From Sphyrna mokarran (Eukaryota): 64,000 nucleotides of DNA. The translations under genes were made by a program, and so were the position numbers. Of this stretch, positions 50,076 through 61,714 are shown in pieces. Within the stretch, counting starts at the first letter, position 1, and the number at the start of each line of letters is the position of its first letter. The notes below the pieces were generated by a model. The model had not been told where the DNA came from. It worked only from the letters and a program-made list of their open reading frames with translations, and did no database searches. The DNA lies in NCBI GenBank assembly GCA_024679065.1, contig JAGIQG010000003.1, positions 79,732,001-79,796,000 of the forward strand, read 5' to 3'.

Positions 50076-51389
50076 TTACTACACCACTCTCATATTGATC
50101 AGCCTTGGTTGATTTGTTTTCTCCCTTAGCTAATGGGCAAAGAAAATCAGTTACACCACCCAAACCACAGTGGCAGTTCAAAGCAACTAATTTTCAGTTC
50201 ACTCCTATACACCTCTAATCAACCATGGAGGAATATGTTTCATATTTTCTTTCATTTGCATAGGAAGGAGGAGAATCCAGGAGAGTTCAGGTGGCCCTAA
50301 AACTGATTAAACCTCCTTTCTTTTAAGGAGACATCTTTACAACATCATGGGGTAGGAATCTATACTGGGAGTCAACTTACAATGAATGGTCCTGATCACA
50401 ATACTTAGTATTGAAATTGAACCATATTGAACCTCAAAGTGTAGAAGAAACTCTTCTGTCCATCAAGTCTGTACCAACACATGTGAAACACCTGACCTTG
50501 CACCTCCCAATTCCACTCACTTCAACATTACTGAATACCATTGAGTGTCTAACAGGCAGCACACTAAATCCCATATACTTAACATTACTGTCCAAGACTG
50601 ATTTCAATCCTGATGGGCTGAAATTTACAGCTGCAAATCAACCAACCTGCCCTTGCTTCCTGAATACATTAGGTCATTCGGATCACATCAGGGTCTGATT
50701 TTACACAAGGTGAATGTAACAAAATTGACAGCACGTCCACTATTTTGAAATAACCAAGTTGTTGAACTTGCTATGGTTTTGCAATTTTCCGTTGCCCATT
50801 GCATTTTTCAGCTGTCAAACAGGAAAAGATTTGGGAGTATTTCATGCCTAGTATAATGGGGTGAAAAAAAAGGGCTGCCAATGGGACTGTAGCTGCATGT
50901 GGTAGCAAAGTGTGCTGATGGAGGTGGCAGCATCTGTAGGTTTTTTGATTTAATTTATTCACTGTGTTGAACCTGCCATAAGAAATAGTGAGAGGTTAAG
51001 AGGACAGGAGGCCTTTACCTTGGTGGCCATAACTGACTTCCTGTGCAGGGCATGACGTCTTTCCTATCTGACATCACAGCCTAGACTCTCAATTTGACAT
51101 GAAATACCCTGCTGCTAATTGGCTATATTCCACTAGATGACTGGAAAATGGCCATTCAACACTTGATTCACTTACTGAGATGGTAGGGAAGTGTGGGATG
51201 AGCGGACCACTTATCTTCTGTTCCACCTCACTTACCTTCTTGAAGAGCATAAAATCAAACCCCATGTGTCAATTATCTCACTCTCTCACATTTACATACA
51301 CTTAAAATATCCCAATACTTTTTGTCCCATCCAACAGATTCTTTCAAGCATTGGCACTCTTGAGCAAAAAATGTTCTGATTGGGTTTCT

Positions 51390-51680
51390 TGGCACAGTGG
51401 TTAGCACTGCTGCCTCACAGCTCCAGAGACTCAGATTTAATTCTGTGTGGAGTTTGCACGTCTCCCTGTGTCCACATGGGTTTCCTCCCACAGTCGAAGG
51501 ATGTGGATTAACCAGGCTAACTTGCCCTTTAGTCCCAAGATATATATGGATAACCATGGGAAATTTGTGGAGTTATAGGGATTAGGTGGAGGAGAGGGCC
51601 TAGGTAACATAATCTGTCAGAGAGTTGGTGCAGACTCAATGGGCCGGATGGCCGCTCCTGCGCTGTGGGGATTCTGTGAA
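51390..51680 (+). mobile_element. HE1-type V-SINE
   Basis: ggcacagtggttagcactgctgcctcacag head, V-domain, tail. Confidence 0.88.
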
Positions 51681-51759
51681 ATTATTGCATTGCATTACCT
51701 TGTTTAGTTGAGTGTCTTCTTGACAAATTGGTGACTCTCTAACCTTTGAATTAAGAAGT

Positions 51760-52876
51760 CAGCTAGTAACTGTGGTAGCGTGGTACCTTTAAGGAGGCAC
51801 CATGTCAGTGCAGCACCTTACTGCTTAGTCTCAAATGGGTTAGCGGAACATGCTGTACAAACATTTAAGTCATCAATGATGAAACAAGTTATTAGGCCTC
51901 TTCTCTTACATATAGCCAGATTTTGTTGTCTTTGAACATCACGCCAAATGTGATCACAGGAGTGACGCCAGCTGAGCTACTAATAGGATGCTATTTATGG
52001 ATACATTTGGATATGAGATTCCCAGATTTGGTATGGAGACTAGGTAAGTCTCTCAGAAAGAAAATCTCAACTCAAGGAAATAAGTTGAGCATCTAGTCAT
52101 GGCCAGAATCTTTGCAGCAGGACAGCATTGGTGGCATGTAAGATTGTGGAAAGAATCGGGATCGATCTTCTATATTATACAGATACAAGATTGTTGTGTC
52201 AAAAAACACGTAGACCAAATGAAGAGGAAAACAGTGCCTGATACAAGGGATCTACAGGTGAGTTCAGCAATAAATTTGGGTTCACTAGGGTTGGTTACAG
52301 AAATTCCAGCTGTAAATGTGAAACCTGAGCAACCAGTGGTTTCTGTAACTGAGGATACAGCAGCTATTGTGGAAGATCTCACTCCCGGATTGATGAGTTT
52401 GCTTTTTGTATCTGCCCAATGTGATTTTTCATTTGCAGAAGAATCTAGGTCAGAGTTGAGATGTTGTCTGAGCATTCAGAAATTGCTAGATCAACTAAAT
52501 TTACAACAAGTTTCTCTGGGATTTTCCTGATTTTGTTTTTGCAATTTGTTGCCTATGTTAGTGATTTTTTTGTTTCCTCTATAGGTGAATTCATGAGTTG
52601 TGGGGAAGGAGTGTGGTAGCATGGCCCATTTAAGGGGGCATTCCCTGATGGCCACTTGATCAGGCCAGACCCTTTGGAGTGACGAACTGGGAAGCTGAGC
52701 CAATTGAGTGCAAGAAAGTGTATCCTGCGTCCGGGAGGATCCTTAGTTGGAGACAGGGAGGATATTTTACAGTTGCACAACTTATTCTGTAACCATTTTA
52801 ATGCACATACTTATTTATCTTGTAAATAAAGCCTTTGTTGCTTTGAGTCACATCAAGCCATTCTCAATTTATTACA
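51760..52876 (+). mobile_element. Gypsy 3' remnant: integrase C-terminus, PPT and 3' LTR (52612-52876)
   Basis: SNGLAEHAVQTFK and TGVTPAELL; PPT ggggaaggag directly before TG; LTR has aataaa and ends attaca. Confidence 0.82.
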
Positions 52877-53709
52877 GAGGGGAACTTAAAGCTTGTGGTG
52901 TTCGCATGCATCTGCAGCTCTTGTCCCAATTTAAGGGATAGAGGTCATGGGTTTGAGACTTGATGAGTCAATGCAATGCATCTTTATGATAAACATTGCT
53001 ACCAACGTGCAGCTATTAGTTGCCAATCTTATCAGCAATGCTCATTTCACAAAAAGGAATAAAAAATGATAAAGAAACAACTAAAAATGTCCCTAAATCT
53101 TAGAGTTCTCCCTTAATATACAGCTTTCTGTGATTTGAACATCCCATCATTCTGCTTGTCAATTGCATCTGACGATACTCCGCCCTCCTCTCAGCCCAAT
53201 CTCTTAGGCAACATTATTGTTTTCAATGTAATTATTTAGAGAATGCAGCATTGCACTAATGAAGAAATATATTGCTATCTCAGGAGAATTCTTGTAATAT
53301 AATTTCAGATGATATATTCAAGTTTTCTCCTGTGGAATTTTATATGAACTCAATATTGCTTTCCATGATTTCTACTCCCCAAATCAGGTTTAACATTGAC
53401 CCTTTCGATTACTGATGGTAAAGCATCTTGCTGCACTGAGCCATTTTGTTTGCATTCACTTCATGCACTGATCTCTAAATAAACACTGACATTACAGTAA
53501 TAAATCCATTCAAAACACCAGAGACATACAAGATAATACAAACACTGTTACACTCATCAGTTAAATTACAGTTTAAATCAAAATCAGAAAACTTAATCTC
53601 TATCTTTCATGTTCTATTTTATTCATTTCATTTCTATCAATTTTAACTACAGATTGATTCATTCCTTATGAACATATTTTGTTCTTTAAACTGGAATAAA
53701 CACATTTCA

Positions 53710-53959
53710 CTGGAACCAAAAGAGAAAATGCTGGAAAATCAGCAGGTCTGGCACCATCTGTAAGGAGAGGAAAGAAATGACATTTTGAGTCCAGATGATC
53801 TTTTGTCATCTTTTTTGGTTTCAGAAGTTTTAACAAAGGGTTGTCTGGACTTGAAACGTCAGCTACTTTCTCTCCTTACAGATGCTGCCAGACCTGCTAA
53901 GATTTTCCAATATTTTCTCTTTTGGTTTCAGATTCCAGCATCATCAGCAATTTGCTTAT
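53710..53959. mobile_element. Palindromic Penelope-like insertion (second family)
   Basis: Inverted arms 53710-53808 and 53831-53931; degenerate hammerhead core ending gaaacgtc; 11-bp TSD ATTTCACTGGA. Confidence 0.8.
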
Positions 53960-54294
53960 ATTTCACTGGAGGAGTGTTTCAGCAAATCGTGACTGGATCT
54001 GGCCCAGACAAATCCAATTCAAAATCTGACAGAAAGACATGTAATGGAGCAAAGAATAGACAGGAGATGGTTCAGATACAGTCTAGGTAAATGCCCACAA
54101 AGAAGAAAGAGAGGGCAGAGCTTCCTTTGATAATGAAGGAGTGAGAGAGTACTGTGAAGCAGAAAAAGGGGATATATATCAGGTGTCAGCTTCAGAACAT
54201 ATGGGAAAATCAGGCTGGATGTAATATTACAGAAAAGCGAAAAAGGAAATAACAGAGTGAAATGACATTCTGAAAATAGATTGACAGCTAACAT

Positions 54295-54416
54295 AATCCA
54301 TGGATCTATAAACATAGACAGGGATCACGGGTAGAGGTGGGAACATTGGGGTGGTGGCGCAGCTCGTTGGGCCGAAGGGCCTGTTTCCCGTGCTGTTTTG
54401 TTCTTTGTTCTTTGTT
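54295..54416 (+). mobile_element. 3' part of the extended-head SINE family (third copy)
   Basis: Matches 364-485. Confidence 0.85.
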
Positions 54417-54824
54417 TATAAGAAGTCCTATAAAGGTCTCTCAGAGGGATATCAACAGCAAAAGTCCTGCTGGGGTAGTGGAATCGATTCAGAACTAAAA
54501 TGGAGTTCTGCTGTTGAAGGTAGAAGGCACAGCTGTGGTACTACATGAGGATTGTGCATCAGTGTTTACCATAGAAGAGGACTTTGTCAAAGCAATAGTA
54601 AACAAGGTGGTTGCTGGGATACTGGGTGTGCTAAAAATTGAAAAACCATAGGAACTAGGTATTTACAGATGATATGTCACTCAATCTGGATGACGTGCTT
54701 CCTAGGTGCTGAATGAAGCAAAGGTAGAAATTAAGGAACTGGCTATATTCTTCCCCTTTGAGTTGGGGGGTGGGGGTGAAGAATTGTAAATGTTACACAC
54801 TTGTTCAAAACAGGGGAGAAGAAT

Positions 54825-55380
54825 TGTTATGACAGCCACGGGGGTTCATGAATAGACCTCCCTATGGGTCCCATACAGTTTGAACTCCTCCATTAGGCGA
54901 CTAGCGGCTCAGCCAATAGTGAAGGAGCAGCAGGAGTTTTAAAATCAGCTGGCTCCAGTCAGGCCAGCAGTTGAAGCAGTGGTTTGATCTATATGTTGTA
55001 ACCACCAGACTGCACTTTATGCATATTACAAATAAAGGGTGTTGGTGACGGAAAACTGATCTTGGCAAGAATATGACATTGGTGATGATGAGTAAAACAA
55101 GTTTCTTTCCCTCTGGACAACCTTTATTGTTAAGACAAGTAATCCACCAATTAAAAAAAGCTGTCTTTCAAAGCCTGAGGCCAATGATGCAAGCATAGAA
55201 AACTGGGGCCAGCAGGCAGAGTGCATGTGTTTATTTTAGGCCAATAATATTGAGGAGGATGAGAAGTAGAAAGTGACCCTGTTAACGGTATGTGGGATCC
55301 TGGTCTTTAGTGTAACAAAAAGCCTGACCTACTCAGATGCCCTTGACTCCAAAACTTTTAATGAATTGATGGATAAAGGC
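54825..55380 (+). mobile_element. Gypsy 5' LTR, PBS and gag start
   Basis: TG...CA LTR to about 55078, tggtgatgatg PBS-like site, gag-like ENWGQ...VTLLTVCG...DSKTFNELM. Confidence 0.75.
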
Positions 55381-55386
55381 AAAATA

Positions 55387-55971
55387 TGTGACCTATGTGC
55401 CTCCAACGCCTACAGACATGGCCGCTGGGGACACATCCAGAGAACGGGGTGGTAGCACCTGATTGTATTCTTATCGATCAGAGTGATCATGTCCTGATCG
55501 ATTAATTGGAAATGGCCAAAAAGGGGCTTGAAACCAAATGGGGTATAAAGGGTGCTGCACAACAAGGAACCGCTCTCCCTCTCTCTCTGACCCCATGAAC
55601 AAGCTACAAGAATGGTGAACATCACCAACGATGACCTGCACAAGGAAAGCCACCACACCCAAGAGGAAAGGAAGGAAGGAAAGAAGATCAGAGCCAGAGT
55701 GCCACACCAGACCAAAGGAGCAGACTATGCAGGCAACTACCAAGGCCAGCACACAGATAAAGGCCAATATCTGCTTGGGTACTTGTCAGTCACACAAAGT
55801 TAAGTCAAGGTCTTGTACTTGAATTCTAGTAGTTTCTTGTAAGATAACTTATTGTTGGTCGGATGGGTTATTGATTGCGTGGGTTTAAATAAATATTTGT
55901 TGTACTAACAAGACGCCTACTCAAGTTATTTGTCTACTGTATAAGGGTTAAAACAGACTGCTTTTACAACA
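55387..55971 (+). mobile_element. LTR-like element
   Basis: TG...CA ends, gggtataaag TATA box, aataaa; no TSD found. Confidence 0.6.
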
Positions 55972-56769
55972 ACCTGGACAACCACGGACAAATAAAGAAG
56001 AATCAATACAAATTTGTTAAGGGCAAATTCTGTTTGACTAAATCAATTAAGGTTTTTGATGAATTAACAGAGAGGTGGGTGAGGGAAGTAAAAGGACTTT
56101 CAAAAAAAGTCCTTTGTTTGATAAAGTACCACATTGTAGCATACTAATACAACTAAAACTCTCGCAGTAGCAGCATGGATAGAAATTTTGATACGGATTT
56201 AAAAAACAGCATTGTTGTGAATGGCTGTTTTCAGACTGGAGGACTGGTATTCAGTATGAGGGCAACTGCTGCTTTGGATATATATTAATGACATGGACTT
56301 GGGTGTATAAGGCATAATTTCAAAATATGCAAATGACACAAAACTTGTAAGTTTAGTAAACATTAAGGAAGTTAGTAATATGCATAGGCTGGTGGACACA
56401 TGGCAGATACAATTCAGCACAGGAGAATGTGAGGTGATAGATTTTGTTAGGAAGAACGAGAAATGACAAAGCAAGTAAAATGATCTAATTTTAAATGGAG
56501 TGCAAGAACAGAGAGACATGGGGCTTTTGCTCACAAATCCTTAAAGGTGAAAACAAGAAGTTATGTTAAACCTACATAAAGCTGGAGTATTGTGTTGTCA
56601 CACTTTAGAAAGCATGTGAAGACTTTGGAAAGTGTCCAGAGAACACTGCCAAGAATAGTTCTAGAGATGAGGGATTACTGCTATGAGGATAGGTTGGAGC
56701 TGCTGGAATTATTTTCCTTTGAGTAGGAAAAGCTAAGAAGAAATCTGACAAAAGTATCTCAAATTATTG

Positions 56770-57503
56770 ATGAAAATCTTCCCTTTTGAGATAAGTCCCA
56801 TGGCTGGAGTAGGGTCAGGGGGTGTTTCCTGCTGCAGTAAGTAATGGGAAAACACACCAAATCTTCCAGTTCTGACCTCATTTATTGTGCAACTGGGTGT
56901 TTCATGCCATATTCAGTGGCAGGATAGGTGTAATGACACAAAATCTGCCACTGTGTCCATATGCCATATTGAAAAGATACCCAACATCACTGATACACCA
57001 TTGGAGAAAGAAGGCAGACATCCTGAAAATGAAACTAGGTCTCCGGGAGCACTCTGAGACTGGAAAATGAAGTGGATTTCCAGGAACATTCTGAAGTTGG
57101 AAGATGGATCCCCTTCAGGATCTCGAATCTGGAAGGTTCACTTGCAGATGCTCCCCCAAATCACTGCTGTGCTGTTCTAGGGTTGCGAATGACTTCTTTC
57201 CAAATCCAAAGGCAGCTCCACTCAGGCATTATTCAGGCGAATCCTGAAATCTGTACATGTTTTTCCACCAGCATCACAAAGAATCTGGCATGGGGTAGGA
57301 TCAGGCCTTCATTTGCATAACATTACCAGGATGCAGTTGAGGTTCCCACCATCCTCTGATGGGTTCTCCAACCCTCATAGCAGACACCAGCAGAAGACCT
57401 TTCCGTAAATCCACGCTGATGTAATGCCTGGCCCTCCTGCATATTCTCTCACTGTGCCTGCCATCAAACACACTAGGGGAGGGGGCTTGGGAAAAGTCCA
57501 ATA
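56770..57503. mobile_element. MITE-like DNA transposon within CR1
   Basis: Interrupts the CR1 frame; imperfect termini aaaatcttccc / gggaaaagt. Confidence 0.55.
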
Positions 57504-57784
57504 CGAGCATTTGGACAGAGTAAAGGAAGAGAAACTGTTTCCTGTGTCTGAAAGATCAATAATTAGAGGACACAATCTTCAGATCGCTGGCAAAAGAGGA
57601 AAGAACATTTTTATGCAACAAGTGATTAGGATCTGGAATGTGCTGCCAGACAGGGTAGTTTGAATAGCAGCTTTCAAAAGAGAATAAGGTAAATATTTGA
57701 AGCAGAAAATATTATGTGTGTCTGAGATTAAAGCAGGAGACTGGGACTGTTCAGAGTTGCACTTTAGAACAACTAGTAGTATTA

Positions 57785-59030
57785 AAGAACAAAGACCAAA
57801 GAAAATTACAGCAGAGGAACAGGCCCTTTTAGCCCTCCAAGCCTGCACTGACCAAGTTGCCCAACTGAACTAAAGCTCCCTATCCTTCCAAGGTCCATAT
57901 CCCACTATTCCCACCCTACTCATGTATTTGACAAGATTCTCCTTAAAAGTCACCTGTTTCCACTACCTCCCCCAGCAGCGATACCCATCACCCTCTGTGT
58001 AAAAGCCCTCTGTTGCTTTGTACAACTCCTTTAAACCTTGCCCTTTGCACTTTAAACCTATGCCCCCTGTTCCTATCCCGACTATGGGACTTATCTCAAA
58101 AGGGGAGAATTTCATCAATAACTTGAGATACTTTTATCAGATTTCAAGGTTCTTCCAACCTTTGAAAAACTTTTGACCATCCACTTTGTCCATGCCTCTT
58201 ATAATCTTGTAGACTTCTAAAAGGTTGCCCCTCAACCTCTGCCGTTCCAATGAGAGCAAACCAAGTTTTTCCAACCTCTCCACATAGTTAATGCCCTCTA
58301 CACTAGGCAACATCCTGATAAATCTCTTCTATATCCTCTCCAAAGCCTGCAATCTTTCAGGTAGTGTAGCGACCAGAATTGAACACTACATTCCAAGTGC
58401 GGCCTAACTAATATTCTATAAGGTTGCAACATGACTGGCCAATTTTTAAACTCAGTGCCCCGGCCGATGAAAGCAAGCATGCTGTGTGCCTTCTTGATCA
58501 TCGTCTCCAAATACATTGCCACTTTCAATGACCTGTGTACTTATACACCCAGATCCCTCTGCATTTCAATACTCTTAAGGGCTCTGCCATTTACTGTATA
58601 TTTCCTATCTGTATTAGACTTTCCAAAATGCATTGCCTCACATTTGTCTGGATTAAATTCCATCTGCCATTTCTCCACCCATGTCTCCAACCAATCAATA
58701 TCCTGCTGTATCTTCTGACGGTCCTCATCGCTATCCACAAATCTGCCAACTTTTGTGTCATCCACAAACTTATTAATCAAACCAGTTACACTTTCCTCCA
58801 AATCATTTATATATATTACAAACAGCAAAGGTCCCAGTCTTGATCCCTGAGGTGCACCCCCTTGTCATAGCACTCCATTCAGAAATGCATCCTTCCACTA
58901 CTACCCTCTGTCTTCTATGACCGAGCCAGTTCTGTATACACCTTGCCAGCTCACTCTGATTCCATGCAATTTTACCTTCTGTACCAGTCTGCCACGAGAG
59001 ACCTTGTCAAAGGTTTTACTGAAGTCCATT
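57785..59030 (-). mobile_element. 5'-truncated CR1 LINE
   Basis: FVIYINDL...KFVDDTK...WQMEFNPDKC. Confidence 0.93.
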
Positions 59031-59933
59031 AGTGGGAGGGATTTTCCATTTCCCACAGGACATACTTTTTCAGTCGAAGAGATTAGCCACCATGGGGACT
59101 AGAAGATTCCGCAAGTGAGAATGACCAGAAAATTCCAGCCTGTGTGTCTAATGGGCTTTATATTTATCATGGTTTTCTATGATTTTAATATCCCAGCAGC
59201 ATAAGAATTTAAATAGCTAAATGAAACAAATAATATCAATCTGCAACTATATCTAACTCATAATGGGGAATGTACAACAGTCATGAAAAAGTTGCAGCAA
59301 AGATTCAAAAGAATATCATCAGTGATGAATCATTTACGATTACGGAGATGAATTACTGCCTCTTTAACTAAAGTAGGAAAGATTGAAGGGATATAAAGCT
59401 TTTCATAATCTTGAAAGGCTATGATAGAATGATGCAATCATTTGGTCAGACAATAATGAGAGAACACAAATCTAAGATAATTGCAAAAGTTTACAACGTA
59501 AGGTTAGATAAAATAAAAATGCATAGAATTTGGTCCTAATTTATAATCTTCCACCAGAATGATTGTTGAAGCAGGTCATCACTAATTTTTAAAAAATTAA
59601 TGAGACCATTGCCTGAAAGACAAGATTACTAAACGGTATGAGGAATGTAAGGATTGAACAGAAATAAGTCTATTACAAATTTCCAACTTAGCATTCAATA
59701 TTCTCTGAAGTTCAATGTCATTAGTCATCTCAGTCCAAATAAAACATTCTTAATTACAAGGTATTCTTGAATGTTAACCCAGTGTGAATCTAATTTAGTT
59801 TTTTTCTGCAATATTTATCACAAATTGCCCTGAAAATGACAAAAATTTTTATCTGACGATTGGGATCACACTAGATTGCTAATTTGGAGAAAACCATCAG
59901 CATAGATTTGACAAGCTAAATGGACTCCATCTT

Positions 59934-60470
59934 AGAACATAGAACATAGAACATTACAGTGCAGAACAGGCCCTTCAGCCTTCAATGTTGCGCCGACCAA
60001 TTAGGAACAAGCAGTGACCCTCTAACTTAAACCATTCCCCTTTCATCCATAAACTTATCTACTAAACTTATCTTGGTTTATAGTCCCACTATCAGATAGA
60101 TTGAAAGCCATTTATATTGTATTACTAGCAAATTATTTGCAAATAATTATCTGTTGAAAATAATTCATGGCAAAGATAATTTTCCTCCTTTGTGTGATTT
60201 TTCCCCATTTTGGGGTATTGCAGTGAGATCAGTGAAGTGTATCAATGAGTGTTATATGACAGTGAAGGTTATGGGGTAAATTAGAATGTTACAGTGAAGG
60301 TTATGGAGTATTTCAAGAGTGTTATAGAACATAGAACATAGAACATAGAACACTACAGCACAAACAGGCCCTTCGGCCCACAAGTTGTGCCGAACACATC
60401 AAAACCTACCCAGCCATAGACCTATCTATAACCCCCAATCCCATTGGATCCCATATACTCATCCATCTAC
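59934..60470 (-). mobile_element. Two short CR1 3'-UTR insertions (about 59934-60065 and 60325-60470)
   Basis: (tagaaca)n tails and aacaggcccttc.gcc motif. Confidence 0.8.
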
Positions 60471-60820
60471 TCATCTTATGGTAAGAGGTGTGGGATATAT
60501 CAGAGAGTGTTACACTGAGGGGTATGGAGTATATCAGAGAGCATTACAATGAAGAGTGCAGGGTATATTAGAGAGTGTTACAGTGAGCAGTGTGGGGTAT
60601 ATGAGAGTATGTGACAATGTGAAGTATATCAAAGAGTGTGACAGCAAGGGTTGTGGTATATATCAGAGAGTGTTAAGAGAAGGGTGTGGGGTATGTCAGT
60701 GAGTGTGACAGTTTGACAGTGAGGGGTATATCAGTGAATATGACAGTGATGGATGTGGGATATATCAGAAAGTGTTATAGTGAACAGTGTGGGATGTATG
60801 AGAGATTGTGACAATGTGGG
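60220..60820. repeat. Degenerate minisatellite of about 33 bp (gtgtggggtatatcagagagtgttacagtga), split by a CR1 tail
   Basis: Visible tandem units on both sides of 60325-60470. Confidence 0.85.
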
Positions 60821-61714
60821 GGGTTGGGTCTGACAGGATATTGAGTTTAAATTCTTAGTTGTCAGATCTCTACATGTCCTGAGTCTCCCATTATCTCTGA
60901 AGTTCCTAGCAGCATAACCCTAGGTGAAATCTGTGCATATCTTATCCAGCTTCCAGAGCATTCTCAATTTTTATCGCTTTTCATCACTTCATTGTTGAAT
61001 GCCATCAATTAGCTGAAGTTTTGGAATTCCCTCCCTAAATCTTCCCCCTCTGTCTCTCTTTCCTCCTTTAAACTAAAGCTGATCAGTGACAGCTTTAACC
61101 CAGCTTTAGGTCACCTGTCCTAATATAAGGATCTTATGCACTCAGCATCAAATTTTGTTTGATTATATTTCTGTGAAGTACTTCAGGACATGTTTCTATT
61201 TTAAGGGTATTATATAAATGCAAGTTGTTATTTCAGTATTTGTTGAGGCTGGTGAACAGGGACAGTTAAAAAGCAAATCCTAAATGTGGCCTGCAGGAGG
61301 CCACATACCCCACAGTTAGAGAAATTTGAACACAAGCCAATCTCAGTCATGGTGAAGTAAAGCTATTGAACTGTAATAAAACCCATCTGGTTCACTTATG
61401 TCCTTTAAGGAAGGAGACCTGCTGTCCTTGGCCAGTCAAGCTTATACATGTCTCCACACTAACATTAATGCAGTTGACTGCCCTCTGAAATAGCCCAGCA
61501 AATTGCTCAGTTGTATCAAACTGTTACAGGAAAGTATATAAAGAATAAAACTGAACCACCAGGTATCAAGCATCAGATTCAGAAAAAACAACTTGTCTAG
61601 ACAACTCTGCAGAATCTTCCTCTTCAGGGATGTGTACCAAAATTGAGAGAGCTGTCAATATTTTATTTTAGCAACAACCTGACTAGGCGCTATTTTGCAA
61701 AAAAAAAATTCTAA

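Larger units (their letters stand above)
54070..57780 (+). mobile_element. Old fragmented CR1 ORF2 with nested insertions
   Basis: Collinear CR1 remnants (SKYANDTK, WQIQF, IWNVLPDRVV) interrupted at about 54295, 54825-55971 and 56770-57503. Confidence 0.8.

Noticed and set aside
52099-52530. 143-aa ORF as a host gene
   Set aside because: Lies between Gypsy integrase motifs and the PPT/LTR; it is the pol C-terminal remnant.
60220-60820. CRISPR-like spacing of ~33-bp units
   Set aside because: Contiguous degenerate tandem units without unique spacers, in eukaryotic DNA with no cas genes.
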